A stretch of DNA of 64,000 bases, from IMG/VR virus record IMGVR_UViG_3300042317_001497, one strand, 5' to 3'. The translations under genes and the position numbers were made by a program. The stretch is from a virus. Below the pieces are notes generated by a model. It was not told where the DNA came from and ran no database searches. It was given only the letters and a program-made list of their open reading frames with translations. Of the stretch, positions 1 through 12,000 are shown piece after piece (position 1 is the first letter of the stretch; the number at the start of each line of letters is the position of its first letter).

Positions 1-3000
1 GGAATATCTATAGAAGATAATTGTTTAGTTAATGAATTTAAGCTAGAAACAAAGTCCCCCATTACCTTTTGTCCAAAATCAAATTTAATAGTTGATAATG
101 ATTTTACATTTCGACTAAAACTCTTACTAAAAGAGCTTAGAACTGTAGAGGAAACAGAATCTAATCCTAGTAGGCTAGATATACCAGCAGATACAGCATT
201 CCCTATGTTTAGTCCTCCTCTATCAAAGTACTTCGGCTGAACAACTACTCCTCCTGTACTATAATTACCACTATTAATACTTTTTAATAATGGAAGATTA
301 TTCTGAGTAGCTCGTCTATTAACAACAAACTCTCCAGGGGTTAACATAGCAGGAACAGTATCGGTACCACGAGGAGCAAAGTTTACAAGTGTTCCATTAC
401 TAGCATAAATAAGACCACCATTAGCTCTGGTCTGTGGTTTCTGAAATTCTGGCGCCTTTTGATCCCTGCTCTCTTTAGCTTTTTTCATCTCGTCTAATTT
501 AATACGACTTGGTAAGAGTCCAAAAAATCCAGCAGTTAAATTTTGTAAACTTGTATTAGCTGTATTATAATTATCATCAAGATATTTATTATCATCTGGT
601 GTAGGATCTTTTGATGATAAATATGAATCTTGAAAGAGATACCAATTTTTAAGTGCAGTTATATCAGTTTTAACTTTATCTAAATTTTTATTTTTATTAT
701 CAGCAGGGAAAAATGATAATAATTGATCTATAAGACTTTGTCTAGCTTGTACGGGAAAAAAGCTATAGGGATTTAGAGATAGTGCTCCTAGCTCTCTTAT
801 GCTTTTAGGAGTATCTTTATCTGTTAATTTTTTATATGTTATAATGCCAGTTTTGTTATCAACGGTGGCTGTTTCACCAGTGCCAACAGTATCTCGAATA
901 GCCTTATCTACTGCTTTCTGTTCTGCTTCTGGAATTTTCTTATCCGCAGCCACCCCTTTCTCATTAGTCTCTGCTAAAATCATTTCTGCAGCTATTTTGC
1001 TTTTTCCAGCATTTTTTAACATTTGACCATAGGATTTAATTTTTTCAAAAAGTGGTGTGACATTTTTCACTTTCTCTAAATCAAATTCTCCAGCCCCTAA
1101 TATAGATCCTAGTTCTTTGGAAGGATCTGATAGGGATAGGGCTCCAATAAATTTCGATACTGCCCCAACATTTCCCCAGGCTGATCCTAACTGGTCATTA
1201 AGAAAATCTCCTTTATTATTGGTTATTCTTTTTCCAAATTCTTTTTGTAGTTTATTTAAGCCTTCTGAGTATGATTTAAATTGATTAGAACTATCAAGTT
1301 TAGTTAAACCAAAATTAGGAATAAATTTTTTGAATACTCCTATAGATGGTAGAATAATATTTTTAATTGCTTCATTGGCATAATCAAGATAAGATTTTCT
1401 AAGCCATGAAGCTTTTGCTTTTTTTCCTTTTCTATCCACACTGGTAGCAAGTTTAGCAGAAGGCTGGAGTGTTGTTTCTCCTCTCTGTTCCATCATTCTA
1501 TTTTTGGCATCTTCTAATTGCTGGAATAAGAAAATCTCTGGTTTGGGATCGGGAATTAACGTATATGCTTTACTTATATCTGATGGGTCTATACCTCCCT
1601 GTATTCCTTCTTCTTGTGTAAGAAGTCTTACTAAGTCTATATTATCTAATTTTAAAGGTTCTTTTGTATTATAGGATCCTGATAATAACTGTGCTATTAA
1701 TGCGGGGTCTTGTGATGTAAATAGTTGCTGTTTAGCCTCTAAAAATGGATTTAGTAGAGGAGCTTCTTTGGATGAGGATAATAAGAATCCATCTAGAAAT
1801 TCATCTGTTGGCGGAATATATCCTTTTTCTTCTGTTAACTTGGGTATCTTTATTTTTTGAGTATTAAATTTGCCTTCATATTTTTCTGATCCTATAGCTA
1901 CTTCGAAAGCATGAGATGTTACTGCTTCATCCAATTGAAAAAGACTTTCTCTTTTCTTGTTTTTTTCTTCTATATCAGATACAATATCTTTGATACGATC
2001 AAGATCTATTGGCTTATTACTCCAATTAAAAGACTGCGCAGTACTATCCTTAACTATATTTAGCTTATTACTATCGCTAGAAAATACATGATCTTTATTA
2101 TCTTTATAAGAATCAACAATTCTATTCCACTTATCATTAAATTGTTTTCTATATATATAAGCAAAATCAGTAATTTTCCCGTAATCTCCCCAGCTTGATG
2201 ATAATTGATTTTTAGGAATAGAAACAAATAAACCACTTAAGTTATCGTCGTACAATGATTCTAATAAAGTATTCATTTTATTATTAGAAGCTTTACTGCT
2301 ATTAATAATAGTAAAATTATTAATATTTTCATATTGATTTTTTAACTCTTCGAAATATTTTAATCTTTCCTTTATATATTTTTGTTTACTCTCAACATCA
2401 GTACCTTTTGCTGTGTTCTCAAGAACACCAGGGCGCAAAATGTCTGTATTAGCTGCTCCTAATTGTTTTCTACCTTTTAGATCCGTTCCCATGAAAGAGG
2501 TAGTTTTTTGAACAGTTGTTAAAGCATTACCATTACCGGTAACTAATCCTTGAGGCTTGGAGTTTGTCCATTGTGCATTATAATATTTATCTTTTACTGG
2601 TTTGGTTGTAATAAATAGTGATCTTTCTAGTATTTTGTCCAGAGACTGTTTATTGCCGTTTTTATATTCTCTATCCCCTGTGTATTTGTCTTCTGCTGAA
2701 AGTATTTTTTTACCAAGTGTATCGTCATTATTTATCGTAGAGCCGGCCAATTTAGTTACTAAAGTATTCAATAGATCAAGCTGTGTTTGTTTAGATAGAA
2801 ATGAGCTATCTGGATCCTCAATCTTATAGTTTTTAAAATCTTTACCCCCTGTGGTATTATTACTTATTCTATACTTTTTACTATGAGTTTCTAATGCATT
2901 AGTCTGCTGTATTGCCTGATAAGGTAATAAAATATTAGCTAATTCTTCTTCTCTGCTCATACCAACGCCTGTAGTATTATATTTTTCAAATGTTGGCAGA

Positions 3001-6000
3001 TTACTTCCCTCCATAACGGTTCCCCAAAGGTATCCTTTTTTTTCTTCTCTATCAATACCGATAGCAATAGGATTAGATGCTCCTAACTCCCAATTGTCCG
3101 GTGTTAGATCAAAAGAGGTGTTAAAAGTCTTTAGATATCTTCTAATCTCATTAATGCCCAGACCATCAGTTTTGGCTTTAAATGCTTCTTTGTCTAATTT
3201 AGCAATAATAGGTCCTGTAAAATCTTGGTCAGTATTATATGATCCATAAACAGTTGCTGGAGTACCGTATAAACGAGAAACCTCATCTGTTTTGGTTAGA
3301 ATATTTTTAACTAAATTCTCCGATAAAACAGGATATTCTTCTTTGGTTAGTCGTACGTCATCAGTAGCAGTCGCTGATTCGGATAGGATACTTTTTCCGG
3401 CTGAAGCCCCAGACCCAGAATCTCTAACATCAACCATGCCTCCAGAAGCATAATATTTGACAGCTCCTCCTGAACTATAGCTATTGATACTCTTCAGTAA
3501 TGGCAGATTTCTTTGAGTAGCACTCCTATTAACAACAAATTCTCCAGGAGTCAACATTGCTGGTACAGTATCTGTTCCTTTTGGTTGAAAAATATTCCCC
3601 CCAACTGATTTATATACTACTCCTCCCGTAGCCATTGTTGGTACTTTATTTATACCCTTTTGTTCATCAGAAGTTTGCATCTGACTAAAATTAAGAGGAG
3701 TATTTTTTATAGCAGCAGCTACAGCGTCTGCCGTACTCCTTGCGATATTCCCGGCCAAATCAGTATTAATTTTAGCCAACTGAATATTAGCCTCTGATTG
3801 TGTTGTAATTGCTTCTCGATAAGTATCTGTAGCAGCTTTCATCTCAGGATCAGCTTCTGGATTTCTTAAAGAGCCTAGTACTTGATCAATAAAAGGATTG
3901 CTTTGTATACCAGATTCTTGTAATTGAGATTGTAAAATATTAGCTTTAACTCCTCCTTGTTTATCTCCTAAAAATGGCATAATCATATTAAGAACATCTA
4001 ATGATTCTTTTCTCTGATCAGCACTAGTGCCAAAATTAGCTTTTCCTTGCATATTATTGGTGAGTCTATTAAATGCTTGATTAAGATTATTAAGTTCACC
4101 AGGAGTGCTAGTCACCAATCTTTCAACAATAGATACTCCAGCTGCTTGCTTTGCTTGTATTTTACTAACTTGATCTAATGCAGCAGATGCTAAATCTCCA
4201 TTCTGTGCTAGTTGCTCTAATGCTGCGACGTTCTCTCTAATAGCGCTATTAGTTTTTACCAAACCATCACTGAAAGCTAGAACTCCTCCCATATCAGTAG
4301 AAGCTTTAGCCTGATCTAGTCCTGTTTGTTGTTGATTTCTTTGTGTTTCTAGATTTTGAATATTTCTTCTAATAGCAGAAGGGTCAGTGGCTCCGCCGGT
4401 GAAACTTCTTGTTTGATTATTGAAATCTGTTTTAGTATCAGATAATTTTATGTCTTTGCCTAATGCTCTATCTAAATTTCTTGTGCCTGTTACTAAAATA
4501 TTTTGAGCATTTCTAAGCCTACTATTGTTTTGTACTTGTATATCTGTTATCTGATTAGTAGCGTCAGATAGTTGATCAAAAGAATTCTTTATAAATTCTA
4601 AGGCCCTGATTGCTGAATCTGAGGCTCCTTTAAGACTCTCTATACTATTAGCTAGTGCTGGTATTTCCTCCATTAGCTGAGAAAAGTCAAGCTTCTCGTC
4701 TCCTCTAGTTCTCATCTTACTAACAGCGGCTTGTACTTGTCCTGTTAATTTATTGGCCAGATCTGGTGGAAAGTTCAAACTCTTTAATTTATCTTTAACA
4801 GCAGATTCTACTTTGGCTCCAATTTCTTCATTATTAGCTCCACCATTGGCTTGTAACGTACTATTAATAGTTGACATTAAAGTGTCTTCAATATTTGCTC
4901 CCAAATTCAACATTTTTTCCATATTACCAGATTGTGCTCCAAATACTGATGAGGCTCCCTTCATAGCAGTAGATCTTTGAGAGTCAGAATAACCTCTTGG
5001 ATTTTTTAATACATCTATCATACTCTGTATTTCACTAGATTTGCCAACTTTGGCATTGCCACTAGCAGAAGCGGCACTTAATTCTAGTTTTTCTGATAAA
5101 GATTGTAATGAATTAGATGATGCTGCTATAGCAATATCCATATTATTGAACATTCTTTTTAAACTAAAACTAAAGTTTCTAGCTGATTTACCAAGAGCTT
5201 CTATTGCCATTTGAGTCTCAGTTGTTTTAATAGCTTTCATGGCAGCAGCATTTCCATATGCAGCTATGATATTTTCTCTTCTGGCTCTTTTGTCCTGTTC
5301 ACTTAATCTTGTGTCTGCTTGTATAAGTTGTAATTGTTTTTCTGCTTCTGGATTTGATCTTGCTAAAATCTCTGCTTGTTTAGCAAATTCTGGTGATGAT
5401 GTTATACTCGCTGACGATTCTCCAGAACGAGTTCTTTGTTCAAAAGCTTTCTTAATATTATCAGCTGGTATAGCAAAGCTTTTAGATATATCGTTTGCCA
5501 TGTCAGGAATAAGATCACGAATATTTGATAGTTCTGTATCTTTATCTCCAGCAGATGCCAAATAGGCAAATATGCCTTTTTTGTCTAGAATTTGAGATCT
5601 ATTAATAGCTCCTTGAGCATCATTATTATCTGTAGCTCCTTCTAATGATCCTAGTAATGCTCCCAAATTACTATTTCCAACTATATCTTGTACAAAACTA
5701 CCTTTTTTGGTTCCGCTCTTTTCGGCAAATGTTAAAGCGGCTGAGGTGCTAGAATCTAGAGCCGTTTTAAGTTGCTCAAGGGCAGCTGGTGTTGCGGCGC
5801 CTGCGTTGCTAATTTCTGTTAAAATATTAGATATTTTTTCGCTACTCTGTTCCATTTGTTTTGCTGCTTTATTTTTTCCAAACTCATTAACAGCATTCTC
5901 AGCAGTTACAAAGGCTGTTGCTATACCAGCCGCAGCGGTTCCTAATCCTGCAATAATTCCTATTGGTCCTCCCATAGTAGCCATTGCTAAAGCTCCTCCA

Positions 6001-9000
6001 ACAGCGTTTGAAGATTGTTCAACAAAAGAATTATTAGAAGCTTGAGTCTCTGTTTGGGCTTCTTGAGTACCAAACATTTGAGCGGCCATAGGTATTCCCA
6101 TGCTTAGTCCATACATACCCATACCACCTCCCATACCTCCTCCTCCTCTACCCCCTCTTCCTCCTCCCCCTCCACCAAAACCTCTAGCTCTTCTACCGCT
6201 AGCATCTCTGGTAACACCATCTGCTCCCATAGTAGCAGCAGCACTTCTCCATCCTTGTTTACCCCCTCCAATATCTACTTTCTTTAATCCCATTAAACGA
6301 CCAGCAGCAGAATCTACTCCTTTGATTAATCCAAAAAAGGAGTTTTTAGTCAGAGAACCCACATCTGACATAACTTTCTTAAAACCTCCCATAAATGTTC
6401 CGGCATTTTTTATACTAGAACTCCATGAGGCTACTGCCATTCCTCCTTTATTAAGAGAAGAAGATAATTGTGAGGCTCCTAAATGCAATTTTGACATGCC
6501 ACTACTAACTTTAGCTGCTCCGGATACCAATGGAGACATAGCTTTATTAAATACTGATAGCAGAGCAGATCCGGATGTTCCTCCTTGAGCTAAATTACTA
6601 GCTCTGGCTTTAAGCTTGTCTGCTCCTGCTTCGTACTGCATAGATCTTATACGGTTGCCTCTTTCAGAGCCTGCTACGGCTCCTCCAACAGCTCCAATAA
6701 CTCCTCCTAGCGGAGCCCCAGCTAATCCACCGATAGCTCCACCAGCCGCAAAACCAGCCCACCCACCTATGGTGGCTCCTTGAAACATACCGAATCTATC
6801 ATCCGCTCTGTTCTGCTTTTTCCTGGCTAGTCTTTGCTCAGGAGTGGTAGATCTTTTCTCAGGAGTGGCAGCTTTCTCTATTGTCATACCAGAAACAGTA
6901 GCACCAACTCCCGTCCGACCTACCATAGTCATAGAATCCTTGCCGCTCTGAACAGCGGCTCTAAATGCTTGGTTTGCATCCCCGGTTTGTCTAACCTGTG
7001 TATTAAAAACTAGAAGTGCTTTTTCTGTAGCTTCAGTAGTAAAGCCTAATCTATTAAATCTAGCAGTAATTTTTGGGGCTATCCTATCTAAAGTAGCTTG
7101 AACATCACCGGGCCCATTGACTTTAAGCGGCTGGCCTTTACTGTTACTTAGTCCCGTTATTTGTTTAAAATCTCCTGTTCTACCAACCGTCCCGGCATTT
7201 CTAGTATCTGGTGTTCCTCCTAAAATATTTGGACCTCTAGCTTTGGATGGTTGTCTAGCAGCACTAGTAGTACCAGCAACCATGCTTTGTGCTAAAGCAT
7301 CTGCTTGAGACACACCTTTTTCTAAAGAGCGATCTAATCTTTTCATCGCCATTCCAACATCTTCAACTTTCCAGCCAGAAACTAATTTAGCTAATTGTTC
7401 AAAAGCTTGAGAGTTTTTTTGTATACTAGCTCTTAATCTAATAGCGTCTTTATTAGACATTCCAGATAATGCATTATCTATCTCTCCGCCAACAGCTAAT
7501 TTCTGTACGGATCCCCCTTTATTATATCTAACTATGCCTCCGGTATGATACTTTGGCAAGTTATCTAGTCCTACCCTGCCTCCAATATTTAGTTTATCTA
7601 GATTGTGGCGTCCTATCTGATTAGCCGATGTTCTATTTATAACATATTCACCCTCTTGGGCTAATATTGGTATGTCTCCACCTTTGGCTTTTTTGATAAA
7701 TTTTGTACCAACATTTTCTTGGTTCCATGTGGATATAGTAGGAGCCTCTTGTAGTTCTTTAAAAAAGCCGGAATATCTCCCGCTTTTTCTATTTTTCCTT
7801 ATCCTATTTAGTTGTTCTTCATTTAAATCATCAGCAACTATTCTACCATCTTCTACTAATTGGTATTTACCAGGATATACTTTGGAGCTACCCACATGAG
7901 TTGGTTTTTGATTAGGGCCGAGCTGTACTCTTTGACCTAGTGTTTTTGGTTTTACAGACCCCCCTACTGCATATCCCTTTAATAATTCTTCATAATTAGG
8001 CTTACTAATAGCTGATGAACTAGAATCTTTTAATCGTTCTGCTAAGTCTATTGCTTTATTGCTAGTTGGAGTTTGTGCTCCTAGAAAAGCTGCTAATTTT
8101 TTAGGATCAAATCGTTTATCTTTAGAAGATCTGCTAAGGTCCATAGGAGATGGAATTGATCCACCAAGTGCTTTTCTGGTTGCTTTTTTCTTTTTTGCTT
8201 GTTCTATATCTCTTTTATATCTTGTCGCTTGAATTAATTTTGATCTGGCAGTACTAGTATCACGAGTAGCATCAACCATAGCCCTGGGATCTATGCCTAC
8301 TAGCTTTGAGATTTCTGGACCCAAACCTTTTGGAAAGTCTAAGGCTTGTTTTTTAGGATTGTATGGTGCTCCTGCTGCTGCAAGCCCAGCTTCTAATCCA
8401 TATCCCTCAACATCTGGTAATATTTTTCCTACAATATCTCTAATACGTTTTTTATCTGTTACTGATTGACTGCCTGCTGATTTGCCTATTATTTTTCCTA
8501 GTCTAAGTGTAAGCTGTTCCATACTTCGTCTAATAACTGCTCTGACTCTTTTTGAATCTCTTTCAGGCAATACTCCTGTCTCTAATGTAGCAGGAAAGCC
8601 CTTAGTGGTTTTTTCTCCCCTTTTCTTTCTTCCTTTAACATCCGGAGTAACAACTTCTTCTGATGTTGGCTTATAATCGCCAGCGGAATTAAATAATCCA
8701 ACAACACCTATTTTTCTTTTCTTAGCTCTGGTTGAAGTTTTTTCTTCTTCAGCCTTTCTAATAATTCTTTGGTCTTCTAGTTCTTTTATGACTTTGGCTC
8801 TAATTTCTTCTGATCCTTTTGCTCTTTGGTCTAATAATCGACGAGAATCCATAGGAATAAAAACTCCTAATTTTTCCGCTTCTCTTAACAGGTCTGCTTT
8901 ACCCATATCGCTCAAAGACTTGATGGGTTTATCTGTGCCTTCGGCAAATCTTTGTCTTCGTTGCTCTAGTCTAGATAGCATCTTTGATGGAAATCTACCC

Positions 9001-12000
9001 AATTTAGTAGATAAAGAGTCTCTTTCTTTTCTTAAGAGACCTATCTTCTCTGCGTCCTCTAGTGGAGTAGTCTTGGTAACTCTAGCAGGAAGTTCTGATA
9101 GTTGTGCTTGAATTTTAGATAATCTTCCAGCAGTTCCTTTTCCAGATGAGCTATTAGCTTGAATCTTAGCCAAGATACTATCTAGTAGTTTTGGTCTTTT
9201 TTGTAGTGTGTCCATGTGTTTCTGAACATAGTCAAAACCTTCTGGGGTCAATAATTTTTTAAGTGATGCTGTGTCATTAGCCATTATAGCATCTCTGGCT
9301 TTGGTACCGCTAATTCCACCTAATCTGGGAGTAACAAAAGGAGCATATCCTGCTCTTGTATATTTATCTAAATCTTTTGGATTCTTCTCATCTCCGACTA
9401 TTGCAACATTACCTTTCGCTTTAGGTACAATATAGTCATCGTCTCCTACCTTAAAAGCAGAAGGGATGCTTCCAGGGCCACTACCGCTTGGCATAGCAGA
9501 CACATTGGTTCCTGTGGCTCCAAATACAGCTTTCGCCATACCCATTCTTGACGGTTTGTCGTCTGGACCTTTTAGTGGCATAAACGCAGATCTTTTATCG
9601 TGAGGATCTTTACTAAAAGGATCTATAGGAACATCACCACTAAGCAAGGCGACAGAATCTTTTGTTGGTATACCTGTCTTTTTTGATGCTGCTGAGATAG
9701 CTGCTGGATATCCGGCATGAACAGGTCCCATATTACCATAAAATAAAAGTGTTTTATCTGGCGTTCTAACATTGGGTTGATTAGTCCGAGTTTTCTTAAA
9801 GTTTTCTTCTAATTTAAGTGTTGCTACTTTTTTAGGGTCAACTCCAGATACCTCACTAGCAGCAATATACGCCTCGCCTACTCCACTATCTAAAGGAGCA
9901 CTCTTGGTGGCTCCGGCTTTTCTACCAAAAAGATTTTTACCAGTAGAGTCTCTAAGCTTTCTATTTTTCTTTAGAACCTCCTGAGACTCTTTAGTTCTAG
10001 AAGATAAAGCAATAACTCTATCAGCAGAGCTTAAAGCATTTCTTTGAGATGGTCCAGCAACAGAGGTGGTGTCTACTACCTGGTCAGATTTAAGAAGATC
10101 CGCTTCTGTTAATATAGGATATCTTGTAGTTTTTCTTAGTTTAGCATTATCTACTTCTTGTCCTCTAGCTCCTCCTTGAGCCATAGTACTTTTGGTAGAT
10201 CCTGCAACACCAAATATATTGGTTAATCTTTTTAGATCTCCTGATTGGCGACGAGATGCTGCAAGATTAGATAGGTGGTCTTTAAACTCTGCCACCCCTT
10301 TGATCCCTAGTCTTTTCATTTCTGCATCAATGATTGGGCCTTTAATAGGATCTTTTAGCAATCCAGATATCTCATCACTATCTATATATCCTACGCTTCT
10401 TGTTGCTGATCCTCCTTTGCCAAACTTTTGAACAATACCACCTATAGCATATGGCATCATGCTAATAGCGTTTTCTAAAGCATTATCATAGTATCTATCA
10501 GCTCTACGTTTAGCATTTCTCTTCTTTTTGTTTTTTTGTTCTTTTATTTTTAGTTTAGTTTTCAATAATCTATCTACTTCTACTCCTGAAATTTTAGAAA
10601 CTATAGCAGAATCCATTGGGGATAGTGATACTACTCCAACAGAAACGGGTTTCTTAGGAAGTCTATTAGAAGCCATGTCATTTGCTATTTTATTAGCAAT
10701 ATTGGATTTCAGAGCAGCATTTGCAGCTGCTGTTCTTTTAACATCAGTAGATATATCAGGTGGCATACCACTAAAAATAGGAGATAAAGCTGACCCTATA
10801 CCTCTTGGAAAATCAAAAGCTTGATTATTATCTTTTTTATCTTTTGACCGACCACTAATTTTTAATAAAGCTGTCTCGAATAATCCTCCATAAATACTTT
10901 CTTTATTTTGAATATTAATATTACCGGTTGGTATAGTTATATTTCCTTGTGTTTTATCAACAATAGCTTTAGAGAGATCGTTTACTCCTTGGTTTAGGTA
11001 CCCCTTTAATATTGCTTCTTCATTGATTTTTTGCTTCGTACCTTTTCTATTTAATCCTCTGATAATAAAAGGAAAATCCGTTTTAAATCTTCCTTTTCTA
11101 TCGTATGTTGTAGATTCTATTTTTTCTACAGCCTGTCCTACTGTACTCTTAGTTTTAGACGGTCTCCCTCTGCCAGATCGTACCTGTGCTCTCACCTCTC
11201 TCCACGAACCATTTTCAAATTTTTGTACATCTCCGCCAAATGCATGATTTCTAGCAGCATCCATTACTCCATCTGGTCCCCCAAGAGATCTTGTAGCATC
11301 TGTTCTTATAACAAAACTTCCTTCTGGTAATTGAGTATAAAAACTATCTGTGCGACCAGACCCAGGAACCTCAGCATATCCTCCTTTAGAAAATTTAGAG
11401 ACTCTTCCTCCTCTTCTTTTGCCCGCTATTCCATTTTTATCCGCATGATTTAATTGTCTTAATCTAGATACTCCAATCCTACTAACAGCATCAGGATATA
11501 CTACAGTTTCTCCCGGCATTAATGCAACATCCACATCCACAGGCCCGCCAGCAGCATATCTATTGATGGGTCCACCACTAGCTCGTCTTCTACCAGTAGA
11601 GCCTTGTCTCATAGCTCCTACGAATCCTAATCCAAATTGTGTAGCAGCCTGTGCTCCCTTAAATGCTAAAAGCATACCTAATACCGGCAACACACCCTTA
11701 GCACCATCGGCTAATTTAATAAGACCACTTGCAAGACCAAGCGCTCCTTTAGTTAAAAGCTGAAAACTATCAGAGCCCCCGATATCTCTAAATAAAGCTA
11801 AAAATTCTTCTCTTACTTTGGATATTTGATTTGCTAAAGATAATTGTGCTTTAATAGAATCCTCAGCCAAAGAACCTTGTCCTTGTTGAGCTACTGCTAA
11901 AGCTTCTTGTGCAGTGCCGAATTGCTGAATAAGGGGAATAACTTTGCCTATCTGACGAAAACCACCAAGCTCCTCAACGATCTGAGAAAACTTTAAATCT

